From a bacterium (GTDB lineage Bacteria > Patescibacteriota > Minisyncoccia > Minisyncoccales > UBA10102): DNA of 64,000 nt. The position numbers and the translations under genes were made by a program. Positions 34,107-42,546 of this stretch are shown piece by piece. Numbering within the stretch: the first letter of the stretch is position 1; each line of letters begins with the position of its first letter. Below the pieces are notes generated by a model. It was not told the origin of the DNA. It was given only the letters and a program-made list of their open reading frames with translations, and made no database searches. Location of the stretch: NCBI GenBank assembly GCA_030647485.1, contig JAUSJT010000004.1:45088-109087 (forward strand). The letters are read 5' to 3'.

Positions 34107-34802
34107 ATGCAGTATGCGTGGCTTATTTGGAGCATAATACTTTTGGTCGTTTGGGCGGTTGTCTATCTTTCGCTAAAAAGCAAAGAAAGCAAAAAGGAGA
34201 TGCTCGTTGTGAGTCTTTGGACTTCGCTTTTAGGATTAACCGAACCGCTTTTTGTTCCCGAATATTGGAGTCCGCCGTCACTCTTTGATTTAGCGCAAAA
34301 AACCGGTTTTGATTTTGAAAGTCTCCTTTTTGCTTTCGGTGTTGGCGGGCTTGCAGTTGTCATATACGAGAGAATTTTCCATATCAAGCATGAACGAATG
34401 AGCACGGAGGAAAAGCACGAACAGCGCCACAAATACCATTTCCTCGCGCTTTTTTCAGCACCGATAATTTTTGCCTTGTTGTTTATTTTCACAAATTTAA
34501 ACCCTATTTATTCCACATTCATTGCGCTAATTGGCGGCGGACTTTTTACTTGGTATTGCCGCCCAGACCTGAAAAAGAAAATGTTTGCCAGCGCTTTTAT
34601 ATTCTCTGGACTTTATTTCGTATATTTTCTCTCACTCATCGCGGCCTATCCCGGTTATATTCAGCAGGTCTGGAATCTTTCGGCAATTTCCGGGATTTTG
34701 GTTGTAGGCGTGCCCCTAGAAGAACTTATGTTCGCTTTCGGAGTGGGATTTTTATGGTCAAGCGTGTACGAACATATAAAATGGTATAGAATAAAACTGT
34801 AA
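34107..34802 (+). CDS. Polytopic membrane protein, possible lycopene-cyclase-domain protein
   Basis: Two hPxEE-like motifs (LTEPLFVPEYW, VPLEELMFAFG). Confidence 0.45.
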   Translation: MQYAWLIWSIILLVVWAVVYLSLKSKESKKEMLVVSLWTSLLGLTEPLFVPEYWSPPSLFDLAQKTGFDFESLLFAFGVGGLAVVIYERIFHIKHERMSTEEKHEQRHKYHFLALFSAPIIFALLFIFTNLNPIYSTFIALIGGGLFTWYCRPDLKKKMFASAFIFSGLYFVYFLSLIAAYPGYIQQVWNLSAISGILVVGVPLEELMFAFGVGFLWSSVYEHIKWYRIKL

Positions 34803-34809
34803 GAGATTT

Positions 34810-35925
34810 ATGAAAAAAGAAAAGCAAATTATTGAATCACTTCTTGAAGGAACTGGCATTACCATCAACGGGAATAATGCATATGACCCGCAAGTACACA
34901 ACGAGGATTTTTATGGTCGTGTATTGCGGCACGGGTCATTAGGACTCGGTGAATCCTATATGGACGGCTGGTGGGATTGCGCAAGATTGGACCAGTTTTT
35001 TCATAAAATTCTTGCGGTCGATCTAGATAATCGATTCAAGTATAACTGGGATGTGATTTCTAGATTTGTTTGGAATTCTCTTTTGAACGCGGGGAGAAAG
35101 TCAAAAGCTTTTGAGATAGGAGAAAGACATTATGACATCGGTAATGACTTATATCGCGCAATGCTTGATAGGCGCTTAACATACACCTGTGGATATTGGG
35201 AAAACGCTGAAAGTTTGGACGAAGCGCAGGAAGCAAAACTAGATCTTGTTTGCAGGAAGATCGGACTCAAGCGCGGTCAAAGAATACTCGATATTGGTTC
35301 TGGCTGGGGGAGTTTCATAGGGTACGCGGCCGAGCGATATGGCGTGCACGCAGTAGGTATCACGGTCTCAAAAGAACAAAAAGCGCTAGCTGACGAATTG
35401 TATAAAAACCTTTCTGTCCAAACTCGTCTTCAGGACTACCGCGATATCAATGAAAAGTTCGACCATGTCGTATCGTTGGGAATGTTTGAACACGTGGGGT
35501 ATAAGAACTACCGTACCTTTATGAAGGTCGTGCACAATGCCCTTAAAGATGATGGTATTTTCCTTCTTCACACAATAGGATGCAACAAGTCAGATCAAGT
35601 TGGAGATCCCTGGATTGATAAATATATTTTCCCCAATTCTATGTTGCCGTCGATAGTGCAGATTGCTAAAGCGAGTGAAGGTTTATTCGTTATGGAAGAT
35701 TGGCATAACTTTAGCGCAGATTATGATAAAACCTTAATGGAATGGCATAAAAATTTTGAGAATAATTGGAATAGAATAAAATCAAATTATGACGAAAGGT
35801 TTTATCGAATGTGGAGGTATTATTTATTAGTTGGCGCCGGATCGTTTCGTGCCAGGAAAAATCAACTATGGCAGATTGTTTTATCAAAGAGGGGGATTCC
35901 TGGTGGATACAAATCGATTAGATGA
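34810..35925 (+). CDS. cfa: Cyclopropane-fatty-acyl-phospholipid synthase-like SAM methyltransferase
   Basis: ILDIGSGWGSF motif I, HYDIGNDLY, FEHVG, YLxxCxxxF-like C-terminus. Confidence 0.85.
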   Translation: MKKEKQIIESLLEGTGITINGNNAYDPQVHNEDFYGRVLRHGSLGLGESYMDGWWDCARLDQFFHKILAVDLDNRFKYNWDVISRFVWNSLLNAGRKSKAFEIGERHYDIGNDLYRAMLDRRLTYTCGYWENAESLDEAQEAKLDLVCRKIGLKRGQRILDIGSGWGSFIGYAAERYGVHAVGITVSKEQKALADELYKNLSVQTRLQDYRDINEKFDHVVSLGMFEHVGYKNYRTFMKVVHNALKDDGIFLLHTIGCNKSDQVGDPWIDKYIFPNSMLPSIVQIAKASEGLFVMEDWHNFSADYDKTLMEWHKNFENNWNRIKSNYDERFYRMWRYYLLVGAGSFRARKNQLWQIVLSKRGIPGGYKSIR

Positions 35926-36368
35926 TTGAACATATTGTAATGATTGTTAGATCCACAATTTATGGATTGATAGGCATGGCTACTTTGCTGGCCGTGTATT
36001 TTTCCGTTCTCAGTCTCATCTCTGGCTGGCCGTATGCCATAGATCAATTCGGCCATTTTTGGTACTTTATTGTGAGCCTTGCCATAGGATTTGGTATTCA
36101 GATCGGTTTATATGTTTATTTGAAGAATCTTATTAGGGGCGGTTACGGAAGTGGCAAGGTTTTAGGAGTGACTGGCACGACATCTACTGCCGCAATGCTT
36201 TCCTGTTGTACTCATTACATTATCAATCTGCTTCCTATTCTCGGCGTGGCTGGAGTGGTAACCTTTATAGCGCAGTATCAAGTACAACTTTTTTGGGTGG
36301 GATTGCTGTTTAATCTTGGAGGTATTGTTTATATGGTGAGTAGGATAATTAAGTACAAGCGGGCATGA
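35922..36368 (+). CDS. Membrane protein with SCCTHY motif (unknown)
   Basis: 4 hydrophobic segments; overlaps neighbours by 4 nt on both sides. Confidence 0.55.
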   Translation: MIEHIVMIVRSTIYGLIGMATLLAVYFSVLSLISGWPYAIDQFGHFWYFIVSLAIGFGIQIGLYVYLKNLIRGGYGSGKVLGVTGTTSTAAMLSCCTHYIINLLPILGVAGVVTFIAQYQVQLFWVGLLFNLGGIVYMVSRIIKYKRA

Positions 36369-36790
36369 AATATTTACTGTACGTAGTTATTGTTTTGGTA
36401 GCAGTTCTTTTTCTCTACTACGTTGGAGCTTTTCAGCCGAGCGAAGTTCCGCAAGAACAATGGGAGACAAAAACTGATGATCAGCCGCCGGTAACCGTTA
36501 CAGTAACTCCTCTTGAATTCGGTGCAGATGCTCAAATATGGAAATTCGCTCTTGTTTTTGATACTCATTCTGGAAGTTTGGACGATGACCCGCTCGCAGT
36601 GGTATCCTTAGTGGATAACAAAGACAATACATATGAGCCGACCGCTTGGGAAGGGCCGGGGCCCGGCGGCCATCACCGTGAGGGCATACTGTTTTTTGAA
36701 GCGGTAAACCCGATGCCGTCCTATGCCGAGTTAAAAATCAAAAATGTCGGAGGTATTCCTGAACGTTTATTTACATGGAGCATAAAATAA
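36365..36790 (+). CDS. Secreted protein with GPGGHHREG motif (unknown)
   Basis: N-terminal TM/signal; beta-rich sequence; stop codon ends 1 nt before the ATPase start. Confidence 0.55.
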   Translation: MKYLLYVVIVLVAVLFLYYVGAFQPSEVPQEQWETKTDDQPPVTVTVTPLEFGADAQIWKFALVFDTHSGSLDDDPLAVVSLVDNKDNTYEPTAWEGPGPGGHHREGILFFEAVNPMPSYAELKIKNVGGIPERLFTWSIK

Positions 36791-36791
36791 T

Positions 36792-38894
36792 ATGAAAGAA
36801 ATGATTTATACTTGTCCAATGCACCCGGAGGTGCGCCAAGAAAATCCTGGTATGTGCCCGGAATGCGGCATGTCTTTGATTAAAGCGCAGAATAACTCGG
36901 AACAACACGCGGAACCACGCAGAAACGGACACGATAAACATGCAGGGCATAGCACACGGATGTTTTTGCAGAAATTCTGGGTGAGTTTTGTTTTGACCAT
37001 CCCTATTCTTGCGTATTCTAACCTGCCAGAGCTCTTGCTCGGCGTGAAAGCCCCGCAGTTTCTAGGGTCAGAGTACCTTGCGCTTGTTTTAGGCTCTATC
37101 ATCTTTTTTTATGGAGGATGGGTGTTTTTAGCAGGAGCAGTGAAAGAGTTGAGGGCTTTTCTGCCTGGCATGATGACGCTTATCGCCCTTGCGATTTCTG
37201 CTGCATACTTGTGGAGCGTGTATGCGGTTGTCGCGGGCGAGGAACCTTTGTTCTGGGAACTTGCAACGCTTATTACCATTATGCTTTTGGGACATTGGAT
37301 TGAGATGAAAGCAGTACAGGGCGCACGAGGAGCGTTGCAGGAATTGGCAAAACTGCTTCCAGATACTGCAGAGGTTGTGACTGGAGGCGCAACAAAAATC
37401 GTTCCGCTCGGAGAATTGCGAGTTGGAGATGTTGTACTGGTAAAGCCAGGAGCAAAGGTTCCTGCCGACGGAAAAGTAATTGAAGGGCAATCTGATGTGG
37501 ACGAGTCTATTGCTACGGGAGAATCAAGACCTGTGGGGAAGAACTCTGGAAGCGAAGTCATCGCGGGGACCATGAACGGCGACGGCAGTTTGCATGTTCA
37601 GGTGACCAAGATAGGGGAGAATACGTTTCTTGCGGGAGTGATGCGTCTGGTTATGGAAGCCCAAGCCTCAAAGTCCCGGCTTCAGATATTGTCTGATAAA
37701 GCAGCTCTTGTGTTGACCGTAGTTGCCGTTCTTGCTGGATCCATTACGCTGGTTGCATGGCTTGTCGCGGGCAAAGAAGTCTCGTTTGCAGTAGCCCGTT
37801 TGGTGGCGGTACTTGTGATTGCGTGCCCTCATGCCTTGGGATTGGCCGTGCCCTTGGTTGCGTCCATTTCCACCAACATGGCAGCACGTCATGGGTTTTT
37901 GGTAAAACAGCGCCTGGCCCTGGAAGCAGCCAGGAACATTGATATCGTGCTGTTTGATAAAACAGGGACCCTTACAAAAGGAGAGTTCGGTGTGGCTGAA
38001 GTGATTCCCGGCCAGGGATTCAGCGCAACAGACGTTATGCAATTGGGAGCTTCTGTAAACCGCAATTCAGAACACGGCATCGCAAGAGCAATGGTGAAAG
38101 AAGCTGAAAGGCTGGGAATTTCAATACTTCAAATCTCTGGCTTTCAACGCATTCCGGGCAAAGGAGCCCTCGGGGCCATAGAAGGCAAAGAGGTGCTAGT
38201 GGGAAGCGAGGCGCTGCTCAAGGAGCGTGATATACGGGTTGAAGATAATGTTGCTTCAAGGGTTGCCGCCTTAGAGTCCCAAGGAAAGACAGTTGTATAT
38301 GTTCTTTCTGGCAGTAGTCTTGTCGGAGTTGTTGCGTTGGCAGATGTTATACGCGAGGAATCCAGAGAAGCGGTAAAGACATTGCAAAGCCAGGGGATAC
38401 GGGTTGCAATGATAACCGGGGATTCTGCAGATGTTGCCTCGTTTGTTTCCAAAGAGCTTGGCATTGATGAGTATTTTGCCAGGGTATTGCCGGGCCAGAA
38501 GGCAGACAAGGTAAAAATACTCCAAAGCCGCGGCCTGAAGGTTGCCATGGTGGGAGACGGGGTAAACGATGCGCCCGCCCTAACGCAGGCAGACCTTGGC
38601 ATTGCTATTGGAGCTGGCACGAACGTGGCTATTGAGTCCGCGGGGATTATCCTTATGAGAAACGATCCCAGGGATATTCCAAAGATTATCCGCCTTTCCA
38701 AGCTTACCTTCAGCAAAATGATCCAAAATCTGTTTTGGGCAACGGGGTATAATATAGTTGCCTTGCCCTTGGCAGCAGGAGCCCTCGCGTTCAAAGGAAT
38801 AGTTCTGGAGCCAGCGCTTGCCGCCCTGTTTATGTCTTTAAGCACCGTGATTGTGGCTGTAAATGCAATGCTTTTGAAGAAAAAAGTGCTATAA
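36792..38894 (+). CDS. copB: Heavy-metal P1B-type ATPase, CPH (CopB-like) subtype
   Basis: N-terminal YTCPMHPEV...CPECGM metal-binding ribbon and His-rich stretch; TM CPH motif IACPHALG; DKTGTLT; GDGVNDAPAL. Confidence 0.92.
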   Translation: MKEMIYTCPMHPEVRQENPGMCPECGMSLIKAQNNSEQHAEPRRNGHDKHAGHSTRMFLQKFWVSFVLTIPILAYSNLPELLLGVKAPQFLGSEYLALVLGSIIFFYGGWVFLAGAVKELRAFLPGMMTLIALAISAAYLWSVYAVVAGEEPLFWELATLITIMLLGHWIEMKAVQGARGALQELAKLLPDTAEVVTGGATKIVPLGELRVGDVVLVKPGAKVPADGKVIEGQSDVDESIATGESRPVGKNSGSEVIAGTMNGDGSLHVQVTKIGENTFLAGVMRLVMEAQASKSRLQILSDKAALVLTVVAVLAGSITLVAWLVAGKEVSFAVARLVAVLVIACPHALGLAVPLVASISTNMAARHGFLVKQRLALEAARNIDIVLFDKTGTLTKGEFGVAEVIPGQGFSATDVMQLGASVNRNSEHGIARAMVKEAERLGISILQISGFQRIPGKGALGAIEGKEVLVGSEALLKERDIRVEDNVASRVAALESQGKTVVYVLSGSSLVGVVALADVIREESREAVKTLQSQGIRVAMITGDSADVASFVSKELGIDEYFARVLPGQKADKVKILQSRGLKVAMVGDGVNDAPALTQADLGIAIGAGTNVAIESAGIILMRNDPRDIPKIIRLSKLTFSKMIQNLFWATGYNIVALPLAAGALAFKGIVLEPALAALFMSLSTVIVAVNAMLLKKKVL

Positions 38895-38901
38895 TAAAAG
38901 C

Positions 38902-39663
38902 ATGTTTGAACTAAAAAACAAAGTTGCATTGGTTACTGGAGCCAGGCGCGGCATGGGGAAGTCCCACGCTTTGGCGTTGGCGGGGCAAGGAGCAAAGGTC
39001 GTTGTGACCGATATTGATGTACAAGGGTGCCAATCCGTGGTGAATGAGATAAAAGCCAGTGGCGGAGAAGCGGCATGTTTTCAGTTGGACGTATCAAACG
39101 CAAAGGAAGTAAATCAGGTTTTTGATGAAGTAGCAAAGCAGTATGGTCGGCTGGATATTCTTGTGAACAATGCGGGTATTTACTTTTCTAAGCCAGCTCT
39201 TGAACTTACTGAAGCGGATTGGGACAAGATGATTAGTATTAATCTGAAGGGCCAATTTCTTTGTGCGCAGAGGGCGGCAAAAGAGATGGCAAAGAATAAG
39301 TGGGGGAGGATTATCAATATTGCTTCAATTGCTTCTGGCGGGGTTGGTGTTGGTATCAGCGGCGGAGCTCATTACACCGCGGCGAAAGGAGGAGTTATTG
39401 GAATGACCGAAACAATGGCGGTTGAGTGGGCGCCGTTGGGCATTAACGTTAACGCCATCGGACCGGGCGCCATTGATACGCCAATGGTGGGGGCGGCGCA
39501 AATTCCAGAAGAAGCGATGAAAGCGATGCTGGCCGGTGTTCCGCTAAAAAGAATCGGCAGACCGGAAGAAGTTTCTGCCATGGTCGTCTTTTTGGCGTCA
39601 CAGGAAGCGAGTTATGTCACCGGAGCTACTTTCTATGTAGACGGCGGCTGGCTTGCGGCATAG
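38902..39663 (+). CDS. SDR-family oxidoreductase (FabG-like)
   Basis: TGARRGMG, NNAG, YTAAK catalytic motif. Confidence 0.85.
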   Translation: MFELKNKVALVTGARRGMGKSHALALAGQGAKVVVTDIDVQGCQSVVNEIKASGGEAACFQLDVSNAKEVNQVFDEVAKQYGRLDILVNNAGIYFSKPALELTEADWDKMISINLKGQFLCAQRAAKEMAKNKWGRIINIASIASGGVGVGISGGAHYTAAKGGVIGMTETMAVEWAPLGINVNAIGPGAIDTPMVGAAQIPEEAMKAMLAGVPLKRIGRPEEVSAMVVFLASQEASYVTGATFYVDGGWLAA

Positions 39664-39692
39664 TTCTCTAAAAACTATAAACTAAAAACTAG

Positions 39693-40172
39693 ATGATGAC
39701 ACAATTCCAAAAACTATCGTTATTCTTTCTTCGTATAAGTTTGGGTTGGATGTTTTTGTACGCGGGGATTACGAAGATATTGAATCCCGAGTGGTCTGCG
39801 GCGGGATACTTGAAAGGCGCAAAAACATTTGCCGGGTTTTATCAGTGGCTGACGCAGCCGGAAATCATACCGTTTATTAATCTCATCAATGAGTGGGGTT
39901 TAACCTTGCTTGGCATCTCATTGATTTTGGGCGTGTTCGTCAGGTTGAGTGCGGTATTGGGAGCTGCATTAATGGCTATGTATTATTTCCCCATTCTGCA
40001 GTTTCCGTATCCGAATGCGCATGCATATATCGTGGATGAGCACGTGATCTATGCTGCTGCATTATTGTTCTTGGCCGCGATAAGGGCAGGCCGCGTGTGG
40101 GGATTAGAGCGTTGGTGTTCTAATCTTCCCGTTTGTTCAAAATTCCCTTGGTTGCGCAGTTTACTTGGGTGA
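39693..40172 (+). CDS. DoxX-family membrane protein
   Basis: LRISLGWMFLYAGITKI; 4 TM segments. Confidence 0.7.
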   Translation: MMTQFQKLSLFFLRISLGWMFLYAGITKILNPEWSAAGYLKGAKTFAGFYQWLTQPEIIPFINLINEWGLTLLGISLILGVFVRLSAVLGAALMAMYYFPILQFPYPNAHAYIVDEHVIYAAALLFLAAIRAGRVWGLERWCSNLPVCSKFPWLRSLLG

Positions 40173-40200
40173 AAATTAACTGCTTAATAAGGTCTATTCT

Positions 40201-40389
40201 ATGAATCAAAAAACATTTTCTTTAGTAGTAGGCACCATTTTTCTTCTTATCGGATTCTTGCATGTTGCGAGAATCGTGTTCGGATGGGAGGCGCAGATTG
40301 CAGGTTGGCAGATCCCTATGTGGGTTAGTTGGCCTGCGGTTGCTGCAGCTCTGTATCTTGGTTTTCAAGGCGTAAGATACGGAAAATGA
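40201..40389 (+). CDS. Small two-TM membrane protein
   Basis: 62 aa hydrophobic ORF with its own intergenic spacing. Confidence 0.5.
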   Translation: MNQKTFSLVVGTIFLLIGFLHVARIVFGWEAQIAGWQIPMWVSWPAVAAALYLGFQGVRYGK

Positions 40390-40422
40390 GAAAGAGAGTA
40401 TAGAGTATAATAGGAAGAATCT

Positions 40423-41337
40423 ATGTTAACCACTCTTCTTATCATTTTGGGTTTGGTCGTGTTTGAGATAGTGAATTCCGTTGACAACGCAATTGTCAAC
40501 GCTCACATGCTCAAAACTATGTCGGTGAAAGCACGCCGATGGTTTTTGCTGTGGGGGATATTAACCGCAGTCGTTCTGGTGCGTGGACTCCTGCCTCTTC
40601 TTATTGTATGGCTCTCCACCCCTGGTATTACGCTTCTTCGCGCTATTCAAGCAACCTTTGGGAATGATCCTGTCGCAAAGACTGCCATGGATGCTTCTGC
40701 TTATATCCTGCTTGTTGCAGGGGGAATGTTTCTTTTATTGCTTTATCTTCACTGGTTGTTTTTGGAAAAGAAAGAGCCCTTTTTCGTGCCAGACAAGCTG
40801 GTAAAGCCGCACCATGGGATATGGTTTTTTGCCCTTGCTGCGTTGCTTTTGGTAACGGTTCTCTGGTTTGCGAGGGAAGAACCTCTCGCAATGCTTGGTG
40901 CTGCGATAGGAAATGCGGTATTCTTTATTATCTACGGATTCCGAGAACAGGCAGAACGTCAAGAGCACGCTATGCAAGGCGTGGGGAGCGATGTTTCCAA
41001 GCTTCTGTTTTTAGAGGTGCTTGACACGTCATTCAGCATAGACGGAGTCATCGGCGCATTTGCCTTTACCACGAATGTTGGTCTTATCTTTCTCGGGAAC
41101 GGGATCGGGGCTTTGGTTGTTCGAGATTTGACCATTCGAGGCATTGAGAAAGTTTCCCAGTACCGCTGGCTAAAGAACGGGGCAATGACGTCCATTGGCT
41201 TTTTGGGCGTGTTCATGATTCTTAAATCTTTTGGGGCCCATATCCCAGAATGGCTTCCAACTATTATAACCGTGGGAATCGTTGGTATGACTTTCTGGGC
41301 ATCACACAGGTATCTTAAGAATAACGGCCATGCTTGA
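40423..41337 (+). CDS. TerC/DUF475-like integral membrane protein
   Basis: EIVNSVDNAIVNA and LEVLDTSFSIDGVIGAF repeat motifs. Confidence 0.55.
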   Translation: MLTTLLIILGLVVFEIVNSVDNAIVNAHMLKTMSVKARRWFLLWGILTAVVLVRGLLPLLIVWLSTPGITLLRAIQATFGNDPVAKTAMDASAYILLVAGGMFLLLLYLHWLFLEKKEPFFVPDKLVKPHHGIWFFALAALLLVTVLWFAREEPLAMLGAAIGNAVFFIIYGFREQAERQEHAMQGVGSDVSKLLFLEVLDTSFSIDGVIGAFAFTTNVGLIFLGNGIGALVVRDLTIRGIEKVSQYRWLKNGAMTSIGFLGVFMILKSFGAHIPEWLPTIITVGIVGMTFWASHRYLKNNGHA

Positions 41338-41833
41338 GCTGCAAGCACAGGTTGCCATTCAGTCTTCTCTTAGGATGATCTGGGAGTATATGAATAATGT
41401 GGAAGGATGGTGGGTTCTTTCCAGTTCAGATCATGTAAGTTTGGAGTTTTTCTCACAAGAACATTCCTTGCAGAAAGGCATGCGAGCAATGCTCAAAGAG
41501 CAGTTTGGAGGCATCCGTGGAGAATCTAGGGGAATGATTGCGCAAGTCATCCCGGAGAAAGAGGTTGTATGGGAATCTGAAAAAGCTGTATACTCACACC
41601 TTTTTTTTCATATCCCAGTGAAACAAACTGTGATATGGATCATGGAGGAAAACGGCAAAGAAGCTGTATTATCAATGAAGGTTCGTCTCATATTCTCCAA
41701 TACGGCGTGGGGAAGGGTTTCCGAATGGTATTTTGTCCATGTGTTGAGAGGAAAGCAGTTGGTTTCTGATCATTCCCTAAAAGAATTGCTGTATATAAAG
41801 AAGGCGATTGAAGGGGTTGACAAAAGCAGTTAA
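41330..41833 (+). CDS. Hypothetical protein (possible SRPBCC fold)
   Basis: 167 aa, overlaps the upstream gene by 8 nt; weak resemblance only. Confidence 0.45.
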   Translation: MLELQAQVAIQSSLRMIWEYMNNVEGWWVLSSSDHVSLEFFSQEHSLQKGMRAMLKEQFGGIRGESRGMIAQVIPEKEVVWESEKAVYSHLFFHIPVKQTVIWIMEENGKEAVLSMKVRLIFSNTAWGRVSEWYFVHVLRGKQLVSDHSLKELLYIKKAIEGVDKSS

Positions 41834-41920
41834 AGGGTATAGGATACATCTTGTATTAGGTCGAGATACTTTAGTGCCCCATTTAGAGTGGGCAACAAGT
41901 GAAGTTACATCGCAGATTTT

Positions 41921-42130
41921 TTGAGCTCGTTGTTACTTCGAAATTATTCAGTGGACCAAAGAAACGAAGGCGGAAGATCTTTCGACAGGCCAATGTTCAA
42001 AGGAGAATGGACATGCGCCGACTGTGGTACTGCTATTACTGAACTTCCTTTTCAACCAAGAGAAGGAAGCGAGGTATACTGCCGTGACTGCTATCGGAAC
42101 AGAAAGCCAGCTCGAGATTTCCGCAGATAA
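41921..42130 (+). CDS. CxxC-x17-CxxC zinc-ribbon protein (start uncertain: TTG 41921, GTG 41951 or ATG 41993)
   Basis: CADCGTAITELPFQPREGSEVYCRDC followed by a basic tail. Confidence 0.6.
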   Translation: MSSLLLRNYSVDQRNEGGRSFDRPMFKGEWTCADCGTAITELPFQPREGSEVYCRDCYRNRKPARDFRR

Positions 42131-42139
42131 ATCACACAC

Positions 42140-42170
42140 CCCCGCCAGAAATGGCGGGGTTTGTGTTTCT
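42140..42170 (+). terminator. Rho-independent terminator
   Basis: CCCCGCC-agaaat-GGCGGGG followed by a T-rich tract. Confidence 0.8.
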
Positions 42171-42240
42171 TTTATTTTTTGCTAGACTATAAGCAGTTTT
42201 GTGGCTTTCCGCTATCCTTTTATATGGGAGGAACGGCAAT

Positions 42241-42483
42241 ATGCAAGACAATATGCCAAATGAGGAGAGGGAATGGAAACAGTGCGTGCAGTGTGCAACC
42301 ATCACCGACAAAGATGAGAATCATTGTTCTGCCTGCTCTGGGGTAGATATGAGAATTTTGCGCCTCTCCCCGAAAGAGGTGCTGGAAAGAGTAGGCCCGA
42401 GTGGGGTGCGGACCAAGCAACCAAACCTCTTTTATCCTGTGCTCTATGATCTATCAAGACAGGGTAAAGTAGGTGTGTCATGA
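42241..42483 (+). CDS. Small zinc-ribbon protein (CVQC...CSAC)
   Basis: GGGAGG SD 8 nt upstream of ATG 42241. Confidence 0.6.
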   Translation: MQDNMPNEEREWKQCVQCATITDKDENHCSACSGVDMRILRLSPKEVLERVGPSGVRTKQPNLFYPVLYDLSRQGKVGVS

Positions 42484-42484
42484 A

Positions 42485-42517
42485 AGCTGTGCTCTGGTAA
42501 GGTGGCACGGCTTTTTT
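42485..42517 (+). terminator. Rho-independent terminator
   Basis: AGCTGTGC-N12-GCACGGCT followed by TTTTTT. Confidence 0.7.
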
Positions 42518-42546
42518 CTTTGACAAATTCATGATACAGAATTGAT

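Noticed and set aside
38144-38929. 261-aa minus-strand ORF, and other antisense ORFs across 36.8-38.9 kb
   Set aside because: They lie entirely antisense to the P1B ATPase gene, whose + frame carries DKTGTLT/GDGVNDAP. Their Ser/Ala/Pro-rich composition is typical of antisense frames.
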